Source: Patescibacteria group bacterium (lineage in GTDB: Bacteria; Patescibacteriota; UBA1384; JBAYJO01). From it: DNA of 64,000 nt. This document shows, in pieces, positions 28,208-37,268 of the stretch. Each line of letters opens with the position of its first letter. Within the stretch, counting starts at the first letter, position 1. The DNA lies in assembly GCA_041665085.1 (NCBI GenBank), contig JBAYJO010000002.1, positions 83,413 through 147,412 on the forward strand, given 5' to 3'. The position numbers and the translations under genes were made by a program. A model generated the notes under the pieces. It made no database searches. It was not told the origin of the DNA and saw only the letters and a list, made by a program, of their open reading frames with translations.

Positions 28208-30066
28208 GAGCTTGATGATGTTGTTGACTGCGAGGCGAGTTCTCTTGCCGCTAGGATTTCTTTTGGATCGGTGGTAATAAGTTGATCTTCAGTGTATGAC
28301 GCGATCATTTTAATGGCAACATGATTCATGCCGGCAAAGAAAATACCCTCTCCTACTCCTGATTCAAGGAGAAGCATTTTTTCACCCTCGGTTAGATTGA
28401 ATACTTCAACGACTTTATCAATTGCTGAAGTGGATTGCTTAAGAAGGATCTGCATTGCCGCATTAGAGATAACACTTCTACCGTATTTTGAATCCAAAAA
28501 ATCTTCAACATCTTGACTGATAATACTGACTCCAAGATAATATTTTCTTGCTCTTTTAACGAGCGAGTAAAGGAATTTTGCCGAGTCTTCATATTGCATC
28601 ATCCACCATGCCTCATCAATAATTAGCAGTCTTCTTTTTAATTTAAATCTGATTTGACTCCAAATGTAAGTTAAAATCATATACATTCCAATTGGACGAA
28701 GTTCATCTTCAAGATCTCGAACCGAGAAACAAACGAATTTATTGCTTAAATCAAAATTGGTTGGTTTGGTAAATAGTCCGGCAAAACTTCCTTCGGTGTA
28801 TTTTTGCAATTTCTTAACCATATTTTCTGCGCCGTTCATATTGGTTAAAATGCTTTGAAGATCTGTTATTAATGGTGCGGGGTTTTTTTGACTTTCCGGG
28901 TCGATGGTAATATCTTTTAAGGCATAAGTTTCATATAAAGCCTTATCCATAATGCCGTCTTCTTCAGGTGTTAATCCTTGCAACATCAAACCAAGAAGGC
29001 CATGTAAGGTTGCGATAGTTGTTCTTAAGTTGTCTTCACCTGATTCACCATCCATAACTGCCGGAAGATCAAACGGGTTAATTCTGGTATCAGAGTTAAG
29101 TGAAAGGTTTAGATAACTTCCACCAACTGCTTCGCAAAGTTGTTTGTATTCATTTTCAGGGTCGATAATAATTACATCAGTATCAAGCATCAGATATCTG
29201 ACAGCTTCGAGCTTGATTGTGTAAGATTTACCGGCACCGGTAGTAGCGAAAATTACAGAGTTAGCGTTTTCTAAATTAAATCTATCAAATAAGACCAGTG
29301 AATTATTATGTCTGTTTAGTCCGTATAATATTCCTTCATTTGAGGTTAAAGTGGCGGAAGTGAATGGGAATGTGGTTGAAAGCGATCCCGTATCAAGATT
29401 TCTAGCTACATTTAATTGATCATGGAAAAGTGGAAGAGTAGCGGTAAAGCCTTGTTCCATCTGAAGAAGAGCCTGTTTTGTATAAATCAGCATTCCGCCA
29501 AGGGTTGATTCAAGCTGTTTTGAAACAGTATCAAGATCTTTGACCGAATCGGCATAAATTGTAAAATAAAGGGCAAATTGGAAAAGTCTGACCTCTCCTC
29601 TTTGCAGGACATCTCGCAATTCTTCAATATCTGAAATTGCGGTTTGGAGTTCAGGGTCTCGGATAATTCCTTTTTCCCGTTGGATTGATTCAGTTGATTC
29701 CAGCTGTGTAGCTTTTCTTCTTAAATTATTCATAACTTCATTAGATTTCAAAGGCATAATATTCATAGCGATATCTAAAGTTACATCGAAATCAATAATT
29801 GGTGAGATCCAATTAGTTTGAATGTAGCGCGGATAAGTGAAAACAAATAATGTGCGAGCAAATTTGTTGCCTATTTGAACATAATTTGGCTTGACCATAA
29901 AAGCAGCTGGAGCAATAAGATCAAGTACATTACTTAAACCTTGTTTGAATGTCATTTCCAGATTGCTGTTTGCTATTCCCGCGGCTTTATTTTCTTGTTT
30001 GGTGGGAGCAGGACTTTGCGGGGCAGTATTATTTTTATTTTCTATAGGATTATTTTGTGGTGGCAT
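28204..30066 (-). CDS. virB4: VirB4-like T4SS ATPase
   Basis: Walker A ATTGAGKS, IDPENEY, INPFD, Walker B LLIIDEAW, RARKY, SQD. Confidence 0.88.
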   Translation of the reverse strand: MPPQNNPIENKNNTAPQSPAPTKQENKAAGIANSNLEMTFKQGLSNVLDLIAPAAFMVKPNYVQIGNKFARTLFVFTYPRYIQTNWISPIIDFDVTLDIAMNIMPLKSNEVMNNLRRKATQLESTESIQREKGIIRDPELQTAISDIEELRDVLQRGEVRLFQFALYFTIYADSVKDLDTVSKQLESTLGGMLIYTKQALLQMEQGFTATLPLFHDQLNVARNLDTGSLSTTFPFTSATLTSNEGILYGLNRHNNSLVLFDRFNLENANSVIFATTGAGKSYTIKLEAVRYLMLDTDVIIIDPENEYKQLCEAVGGSYLNLSLNSDTRINPFDLPAVMDGESGEDNLRTTIATLHGLLGLMLQGLTPEEDGIMDKALYETYALKDITIDPESQKNPAPLITDLQSILTNMNGAENMVKKLQKYTEGSFAGLFTKPTNFDLSNKFVCFSVRDLEDELRPIGMYMILTYIWSQIRFKLKRRLLIIDEAWWMMQYEDSAKFLYSLVKRARKYYLGVSIISQDVEDFLDSKYGRSVISNAAMQILLKQSTSAIDKVVEVFNLTEGEKMLLLESGVGEGIFFAGMNHVAIKMIASYTEDQLITTDPKEILAARELASQSTTSSSS

Positions 30067-30748
30067 TTTCTCCTTCCTTGGTTGAGATTAATGCACTTTC
30101 TAAAACATTAACATCAGCTAATTTTTCTTCTGATGATTCTTCAGGGTTATAAATTTCATAAAATAATTCAACTAATTCTTGGGTTGATAACATTGCAGCC
30201 CGAAGTCCAAGACTGGCAAGTCCGGAGACGATCACACCTGTTCTTTCTGTTATTAGGGATTTGTATTGCAACAGTTGTTTTTCATCAATATTAATAGTTT
30301 GCTGCGATTTGTTTCCAAAAAGACCTGAAAATAAACCTCCGCCCGGTTTATTTAAGACCGGTGGCGAGTAAGGGACAACGACGAAAAATTGTTTATCCAT
30401 AATGTTTGCGATATTGATCAGTCTTTGAACATATTCAATATAATCAGCGATCTGGATACTCATAAGTTCATTTTCTTCAGCTTCTAACTTTTTCTTTAAT
30501 TGATTGATATAAGGTGTCAAATCGAGTTTTTTTGACCTGACAATAATTTGGATAGGAAATTCAAGAGAGTTTAAAAAACCTTGATAGGAAAAGATTAAGG
30601 CATTTTGTTCTCGCTCTGATTTTAATGCAAAGTTGACCGAGCTTACCAAAAGAACAGCACGAAAATCACCTGTTTTTAAAATGACTAATTCGTCGCGAAT
30701 CTCGGCGATGTCAAGATGTTGTTGTGTGCTGGACTGTTTCTGTGCCAA
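30050..30748 (-). CDS. T4SS-associated protein (VirB4 N-terminal/TraC-like, CPR type)
   Basis: IRDELVILK...VNFALKSEREQ...FLNSLEFPIQI...ELFYEIYNP; overlaps virB4 and prgI. Confidence 0.7.
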   Translation of the reverse strand: MAQKQSSTQQHLDIAEIRDELVILKTGDFRAVLLVSSVNFALKSEREQNALIFSYQGFLNSLEFPIQIIVRSKKLDLTPYINQLKKKLEAEENELMSIQIADYIEYVQRLINIANIMDKQFFVVVPYSPPVLNKPGGGLFSGLFGNKSQQTINIDEKQLLQYKSLITERTGVIVSGLASLGLRAAMLSTQELVELFYEIYNPEESSEEKLADVNVLESALISTKEGENATTK

Positions 30749-31382
30749 GATTTCCTCCAGTTAAATTATTTGGCGCAATTGGTTGGTTATTTATTGGTGT
30801 TTGCCCGGTAGGCGGGGCTTGATTTGGTAGAGGAGTAGAAGCTGTTGGTTTGGCTGATTTCATATTGGATATATCTGTTATTGGTGCAGGGGCTGACATT
30901 GTTTGTAATTCTTTTGCCTGTTTCATTTGTTCGACTTGCATTGATTCAGTTGTGTGAGGGGTTTCAACTTTTTCGAGTGATTTCCATCCCCCGCTGTCTA
31001 ATGTCTGTGCTAATTTCTGCAATTCGGATTTGCTAATTTTCTTTTTAGGTAAAGTTGGTTCAACGCGTTTTTCCTTGTGAGGAAGAATTATAGCTTCTTG
31101 CATTGAACCTTTTTGCCATACTCTTTCGCGCGGCTTGGTAATAAATGAAATTAAAGCAAGAATAAAATGTGAAAATGGTTGATCTTGAGGTTTGTAGAAA
31201 GTAAAAGCCAAGATAAGAATTGCTGTTGGTAATCCGGTCGCAATAAAAAGAGGCATTGGTAAAGTCGTTAGGAGAATATAGATAATAGAGCCTCCGATTG
31301 CAACAAAAATAAATTGCTTCAGCGTAAGAGGTCCGACAATTTTATCCTCCATATCTATGTTTTGCGGTACTCGGTATTGCAC
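30711..31382 (-). CDS. PrgI-family (VirB3-like) membrane protein
   Basis: YRVPQNIDMEDKIVGPLTLKQF, two TMs, P..RVW; GTG start after AAGGAGG. Confidence 0.85.
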   Translation of the reverse strand: MQYRVPQNIDMEDKIVGPLTLKQFIFVAIGGSIIYILLTTLPMPLFIATGLPTAILILAFTFYKPQDQPFSHFILALISFITKPRERVWQKGSMQEAIILPHKEKRVEPTLPKKKISKSELQKLAQTLDSGGWKSLEKVETPHTTESMQVEQMKQAKELQTMSAPAPITDISNMKSAKPTASTPLPNQAPPTGQTPINNQPIAPNNLTGGNLGTETVQHTTTS

Positions 31383-31503
31383 TTCCCTCCTTAGAGAATG
31401 TTTGGCTCTGCGTCTTGTCAGCAGACCTATTGTCATTATTAAGTATATAGCGTGAAAAATAAAAAATCAAAATTTTGAATTTTTCATATTATAAAATATT
31501 TGA

Positions 31504-31836
31504 TTAAACAGATGCGGTATTATCTTGAATCAGCTTTTGAGCTGCTTCCTTTAATTCTTGGTAAAGCTCAACTATAGCGTTTGAAAGCTTTCCTTTAAAA
31601 TCAGGAATTGTGGTTGAAATTTCTTGAATAATTTCTTCTTCGGTTTTATTTTCCATCATTTTTTCTAAATCATCGGGATTAGAGTCTGGGAGGTTAGCTA
31701 AAATAACTTCCATGGTTTTTTGAGCTACTCGTTCTCTAATAAGTTCTATTAATTCTGATTTGGTTGGATCGGCTAGATTTTCAAGTCCCAAATCTTTTAA
31801 GATTTGATCTGCTAATTCAGTTGGTTCGCTATTCAT
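31504..31836 (-). CDS. Small acidic helical protein (DUF5663-like)
   Basis: ILKDLGLENL...IPDF pattern; GGAGG SD. Confidence 0.55.
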   Translation of the reverse strand: MNSEPTELADQILKDLGLENLADPTKSELIELIRERVAQKTMEVILANLPDSNPDDLEKMMENKTEEEIIQEISTTIPDFKGKLSNAIVELYQELKEAAQKLIQDNTASV

Positions 31837-31875
31837 GGTTCCTCCGATTTATTATTTTTTTAAATATAATTAAAC

Positions 31876-33186
31876 CTATAATTTTGGAGTTTGACCTTCA
31901 AATAAGAATGTCCAAACCTGTTCAAAGGCAGTTTTTCCTCCTCCGCCGCCATATCCTTCGCCACCAGAACTATTTGTTCCAAAACCAAATTCTGATTCAT
32001 AATATGGCATACCCTGGTCAATTTGATTTTCATCACCTAATAAAGAATCGAATTGCTCTTTATTAATTCCGGCCAGTTTTTTAAATTTATAAAAACAGGC
32101 TTCGTGTGAGTCTAAATAACTGTTAATCTTTCCGGTCTGATCTAGTGAGGCACTTGCTTTAAAAGATTGGTATTTTTGTTCATTGGTAATTTCTTGGTTT
32201 GCTAAAAGTTCTTGAAGTTGGGGTATAAGTTCAGGAGCAACATTTCCTGCTTCAAATTGTGTAATAATTGCATCACTTTCTTTGCAATTTATTTTAGAGA
32301 GAAATTTTGACCAATAATCGGATTTTGTGCCGTCGCTAGCTAAATAGCAAGCTAATCTATCTGTAATAAGTTCTTCGGCTATTTGTTTAAGCTGATGATT
32401 TTGAAATTGTTCATAACTGTCCGGTTTGGTTATTCCTTTGGCTAAATATTTCTCATATAATAATTCCATTTGAGTTTTACCCTCGTCGTTTTTTTCACCC
32501 GAAAATCGACTGATTAGACCTTGAATATGATAAGTTTCACCTGATGCGGCTTTGGGGTCTTGAAGTCCGGCTCGAATTGTTTCAAGAGAGTAAGCGAATT
32601 CTGGAGGTAAACTTGAGGAATCAATTGTTTCACCTGAATTTAGATTTGCTGCATGATCTAGATATTGTGTTAACTCATTTGATTCATAAATCATTCCACT
32701 ATGAATAAGACCATGAGATATTTCGTGTTGGAGAGTGTATTCTGTATCTATATTTTCAATTGTACTTGTGCCATTGAAAAATTCCGGTGAGATATAAAGT
32801 GTTTCTTGATCAAAACACATTATCGGATCATTTGGATCTCCTTCGTAAAGATCTGTTGATAGTATCACTTTAGAAATAACTGTTTCTGTGATTTCTTGAG
32901 CTAGTTCAGGATTTACAATATGTCTTTCGGCAAGTCCTTTTGTAATTTGATTATATAATTCTTGAAACTTTTTTTTATAAGATTCTCTTTTAGTTCTTTC
33001 TTCATCCGTTAATTTTTCATCAGTTTCCCCAAACAATAATTCTTGATTTGTTGTTGTTGGGGCTTGTTCGTCTTGCTCGGTTTGCTGACCTGATGGATTT
33101 GGAGGCGCAAAAACTGAACCCGCTGTTTGAGTTGGCTCGGTTTGAGATTGAGGTGTTTCTGTTTCTGTTTCAGGAAGATCAAACAT
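31876..33186 (-). CDS. Hypothetical protein with zincin-like HExxH motif
   Basis: TLQHEISHGL with later AEELITD; no signal peptide. Confidence 0.5.
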   Translation of the reverse strand: MFDLPETETETPQSQTEPTQTAGSVFAPPNPSGQQTEQDEQAPTTTNQELLFGETDEKLTDEERTKRESYKKKFQELYNQITKGLAERHIVNPELAQEITETVISKVILSTDLYEGDPNDPIMCFDQETLYISPEFFNGTSTIENIDTEYTLQHEISHGLIHSGMIYESNELTQYLDHAANLNSGETIDSSSLPPEFAYSLETIRAGLQDPKAASGETYHIQGLISRFSGEKNDEGKTQMELLYEKYLAKGITKPDSYEQFQNHQLKQIAEELITDRLACYLASDGTKSDYWSKFLSKINCKESDAIITQFEAGNVAPELIPQLQELLANQEITNEQKYQSFKASASLDQTGKINSYLDSHEACFYKFKKLAGINKEQFDSLLGDENQIDQGMPYYESEFGFGTNSSGGEGYGGGGGKTAFEQVWTFLFEGQTPKL

Positions 33187-33188
33187 AG

Positions 33189-36161
33189 CTATATAGTTCC
33201 ATTAGTTGGAGGAGGAGTTGGTTCTGATGGTGGAGGTGTCTGTTGTTCTTGGACTGGTGGAGTCGGTGCTTGTTCGGCTGGTGGTGCGGATTCTGTGTGT
33301 GGTGCCCCTGTTGGGGTTTGACCGGTGTTTTCTGCAGCAGCTTCCGTATTTATTGTAACGGCTGGGGCAGTATTTGGTGAATTTTTTGGCGTACTCTGAT
33401 TAACTCCTTGCTTAACAGCTTGACTGAAAACTCTTTTAAATTTACGGCTGGTTAGAACTGAACCTAGTTCGGCAGCAGAGCTAATAGGTTTTATGCTTGT
33501 TTGAGATGCAGCGGTTTTAAAGGCTGATTGAAGCATAGGTTTTAGGTTGTTTATGTTTTTTAAATTTTCTCCCATACCTTCAATACTTGAAGCGATTTTT
33601 TCGAGTGGTCCGGTTAGTTTTTCTTCAAGTCCTTCAAAACTGCCGTTTGATGTAGCTAAGTGTTGTTGAGTAATTGATTCGGCTTGTTTGGCGGCGTAAC
33701 CTTGTCTGTAAATTGACCGGTGATTTGCTTTTTGAAGGCTTTCTATGACCGGTAAACTTGTTTCACTAAATTCCGGTTTTTGAAATTCTTTATAAATATC
33801 CTCGCTTTTTAAGGTTTCCATTCCTTTGATAACATGCTGAATATTTCTTTTCATGGTTTCTTCATCAGGCGAGGCTTCTGCTATTGCAGGAGAAATATTC
33901 TTTAGCTCTGCGTGACGAATTTCAAAAGAACGGTTGCTTGATCCGATCTCTTCCATCTGATCCTGCACCTTGCTTAGTGTTTCTTCATTAATTTCTGTAC
34001 CGTTTAATTTAAGTTGCCTTGCAACTCCCAGCGCTTCGATACCGGCTGTTTTTTCGGTTGATTCATAAATATGGTCGGCAAATTTTTCCAGATATTTATT
34101 TTCTCTAGCCCTTTGTCCTTTGGCCGATCCTTCAAGTTCAGTCCATTGGGTGGTTGTGATATTGCGGTTTCCTCCGTATTTCGATGAGATATCTTGATAA
34201 GTGGCGCCAGAGTTTATTTCATCTAAAACCGCACTCGCGTCAACTGATTCACCTAAAATACCTTTAACTTTATCTTGATCAGCGCCCATTGAAACATCGT
34301 CATTAGTTTTTTCAGTCATGCGGTCTGTTCTTGATTGGTCGATTTCTTGTAATTTAGAAATTTCATCGGCTGTAAGATTTTGTCCGTCTTGTTTAACAAT
34401 AATTGCTCCTGCTTTTAAACCTGCCAAAGCTTTATCTGTGTCGACATCGTTGCCTAGAATTTTTTTTATTGCCGATTCTTCTTTTTGGCTTATAGCATTT
34501 TCGAGTTCATTTGCCATATCGTCAAAAGTTCGTCCGCTACCTGTTCCAGCAGCAAAAGCCGGGATAGGGCGTCCACCTCCGCCGCCAGCGCCTGCTGCAG
34601 CTTTAGCAGCAGCTGTTCTAGCCTCTTTTAATAAGTCGGCGGCTCCTTTCTTTCCTCCTGATGATCTAGTAAGTTGTATCCATCTGTTAAATTGTTGAAC
34701 TAAATCTGCTCTTTCTTCAAGTCCAAGTGCATCGAGCCCTTCTATACCGGTTTTTTTTGATGAAATTTTTGCAGGGCTTAAGGTTAGCATTTCTGTTAAC
34801 TGTTTATCTTCCAAGGTAATTCCTTTTGCGGCTAAATCAGCTTGAGTTTTATTGAATTTATCCCATACAATTTTAGGATCGTTTACAAAGCCGTTGATCT
34901 CGCCTTTTTCTTTGAGATATGCCATATAGCTTGGTTTTGATCCGGCCAGTCCACCAAAAATTCGGCCTTTTTTAGCATCTGATATTCTGGCTTTTTCTGC
35001 ATCTTCAGTTCTCATTTTCCAAGCATCTTTTGCGCCATAGAAATTTGTATTTTTAAAACCTTTTCCTACCGTGTTTTTAATCCATGCTTTTGCTCCTCTG
35101 TCAGTATCTTTGGCTTTAATGCCTGATCCTTTACTCCAAACTGATCCATAGGCTTTGCTTGCTAGTCCTCCGCCTTGTTTAAGAAGCCCGGACCAAGCTC
35201 CCATAACTCCGCCTCCCATGCTCAAAGGTATTTTTGCCGAGTAATATAAAGCGCCAATTAAGATTAAATATCTCATTAAAGCCATTCCTTGGCTTGGAGT
35301 GGCTCCTCCGCCTAAAGCATCAGCAATTGTAACGCCTATCCATATGACGAAGAAAGTTATGCAAGGCATAAATGTCCATTTAAAATACAAGTCCCACCAT
35401 TGCTTGAAATATTTCTCTGTAATTGGAAATCCAACCGAGAAGAATGCAATTGGTGAAGCGATAGTTAAAGCTATAACAACAAAATATCTGATATAGAAAA
35501 GTAAAATCAAAGCCCAGAAAAATAAAATTGGGGCAAAAAGCAAGAGTACTAGAAGAATAAATGCTCCGCATCCACCAATAAATATCCACGAAACAACAAT
35601 GCCGATTATGCCCAAACTAGCTACTCCGGAATTTGTCCATAAGCTCATACTTTCAATAGTTCCGATTCCAAGTTGTTCATAGACTTTCTCAAGCAAACCT
35701 CCTGATCCTGAACCCACGGCGGTTGCCGAACCCATTGTTAATAACCAATTTGAAAAAACAGCAGATGCTTCAAGAAGAAGTCGGCAGACTAAAAGTGAAA
35801 AGTTGGCTAAAATTGCGCCCAAAATAAGTGATGGCAGAATCTTTTTAATAGAATATGTGTCAATATTGAATCTTAAGACATTGGCTGTACCGGTAAAAAG
35901 TATAAAAATTACAAACAGTGAGTTTGACATGGCAAGTAATACTTTCCATGCACTCATAACTCCGCTTTCTACAATAGTGTCGGAAAGTTGTTTAAAATCA
36001 GGGTCAGCAGCATAGACATTTTTTATGATTGGCAGATTGTGTAATGGATTTAAAAGAGTATCAAAATCGATTTGATACAAATTTTTAAATACTATAATAC
36101 CGACAAAAATAGAAATAATTGCTGACAAGCCGATTTTTAAATAATTAAGCTTTTTTTCCAT
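33189..36161 (-). CDS. VirB6/TrbL-like polytopic membrane protein with long C-terminal tail
   Basis: YSIKKILPSLILGAILANFS, IRYFVVIALTIASPIAF, QWWDLYFKWTF; ~650-aa hydrophilic tail. Confidence 0.8.
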   Translation of the reverse strand: MEKKLNYLKIGLSAIISIFVGIIVFKNLYQIDFDTLLNPLHNLPIIKNVYAADPDFKQLSDTIVESGVMSAWKVLLAMSNSLFVIFILFTGTANVLRFNIDTYSIKKILPSLILGAILANFSLLVCRLLLEASAVFSNWLLTMGSATAVGSGSGGLLEKVYEQLGIGTIESMSLWTNSGVASLGIIGIVVSWIFIGGCGAFILLVLLLFAPILFFWALILLFYIRYFVVIALTIASPIAFFSVGFPITEKYFKQWWDLYFKWTFMPCITFFVIWIGVTIADALGGGATPSQGMALMRYLILIGALYYSAKIPLSMGGGVMGAWSGLLKQGGGLASKAYGSVWSKGSGIKAKDTDRGAKAWIKNTVGKGFKNTNFYGAKDAWKMRTEDAEKARISDAKKGRIFGGLAGSKPSYMAYLKEKGEINGFVNDPKIVWDKFNKTQADLAAKGITLEDKQLTEMLTLSPAKISSKKTGIEGLDALGLEERADLVQQFNRWIQLTRSSGGKKGAADLLKEARTAAAKAAAGAGGGGGRPIPAFAAGTGSGRTFDDMANELENAISQKEESAIKKILGNDVDTDKALAGLKAGAIIVKQDGQNLTADEISKLQEIDQSRTDRMTEKTNDDVSMGADQDKVKGILGESVDASAVLDEINSGATYQDISSKYGGNRNITTTQWTELEGSAKGQRARENKYLEKFADHIYESTEKTAGIEALGVARQLKLNGTEINEETLSKVQDQMEEIGSSNRSFEIRHAELKNISPAIAEASPDEETMKRNIQHVIKGMETLKSEDIYKEFQKPEFSETSLPVIESLQKANHRSIYRQGYAAKQAESITQQHLATSNGSFEGLEEKLTGPLEKIASSIEGMGENLKNINNLKPMLQSAFKTAASQTSIKPISSAAELGSVLTSRKFKRVFSQAVKQGVNQSTPKNSPNTAPAVTINTEAAAENTGQTPTGAPHTESAPPAEQAPTPPVQEQQTPPPSEPTPPPTNGTI

Positions 36162-36163
36162 AT

Positions 36164-37120
36164 TTATACCACTAAATTTCTTAATCTATCGTTTGTGCCT
36201 TTGGCAAATCCGGCGATAATACTCCAAACAGCTTTGGCTACATCGCACATAACTCGTCCGATTAGAATGCCGGGAAAACCGCAATCGTTTCCGCCGATTT
36301 GCTCGATGATACTAATGTCTGCTAGTTTATGTTGAGTGTCGGAAGGAATTAGTTTTGTTTTGTCAAGAGTCATTGTTTGTTTGTAAACATTATGTTCACC
36401 AATTTTAGGCATATGGGTGTAGTCAGTTTGATTGAAATCTTTTTGAAAGAAATAGTATTGTTCTTTACCCCCATCTATAGAGATTTTTTCTGGTGTATAA
36501 ACAAATAATTGTGTTTTACCGGTATATACATCAGTATGAATTCGGGCTTGTGTATCTGTGCCTAGGCTATCATGAATTAATTTTAAATTCATTTCACCTG
36601 ATTTTAATGTTCCTTCAGCTAAAATTGGTCCATTGTTTGGCATTCGAATTTGAGCTTTAAATCCATCTGCTGGTAGGGCTATTTCAAATTCGTAATAAGT
36701 GTCATCGTTTTTGGAATGATCGGAAAAATCTGTTCCATCTTTGATTGATTGTGCAGAGGCAAGAGCAGCCCAGTTGCCACCTTTGCTAGCTGAATTATAA
36801 GTTTGGTTAATTATCAAATTATCTTCATCGGTTGTAGCATAACAAGTAGTAATCTGATCGCTTTTCCAAACATTTACCATGTATCCTGTAAAAGCGGTTG
36901 ATCTGGCTCCTGTCCATGTATAGGTGTCGGTTTCCGACAAACAAGCCGGCTCCTCAACCCCGTCAAGTCGAGTAAGTTTAAAGTCATTTGTGGATTTTTT
37001 TTCAAATTTCCAATAGTCGGCAGCATAAGCTTTTGGTGGATTTGTAAATATAAATGCAAAATTTGCCAATAATAATATTAGCATCATCAGGGCTCGGTAT
37101 TTTAATTTATTTTTAAACAT
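36164..37120 (-). CDS. Secreted protein with conserved C-terminal C..CD..VWSI.AGFAKGTNDRLR motif (copy A)
   Basis: Signal peptide ending AYA; C-terminal ~30 aa shared with 37269-38348. Confidence 0.7.
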   Translation of the reverse strand: MFKNKLKYRALMMLILLLANFAFIFTNPPKAYAADYWKFEKKSTNDFKLTRLDGVEEPACLSETDTYTWTGARSTAFTGYMVNVWKSDQITTCYATTDEDNLIINQTYNSASKGGNWAALASAQSIKDGTDFSDHSKNDDTYYEFEIALPADGFKAQIRMPNNGPILAEGTLKSGEMNLKLIHDSLGTDTQARIHTDVYTGKTQLFVYTPEKISIDGGKEQYYFFQKDFNQTDYTHMPKIGEHNVYKQTMTLDKTKLIPSDTQHKLADISIIEQIGGNDCGFPGILIGRVMCDVAKAVWSIIAGFAKGTNDRLRNLVV

Positions 37121-37216
37121 TGTCCCCTCATAAGTATGCATCTTAAATTATTATAACAGCTGACTTGGAATTTTGAAATTATTAAAGTTTAATCGCTAGA
37201 TGTATTTAAACCAATT

Positions 37217-37264
37217 CTCTGGATCCCAGCCTGCGCTGGGATGACAAAAGAAGTTGGGATGACA
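37217..37264. repeat. REP-like element
   Basis: 30-bp copy identical to 4193-4222 plus partial GGGATGAC. Confidence 0.8.
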
Positions 37265-37268
37265 ACTG

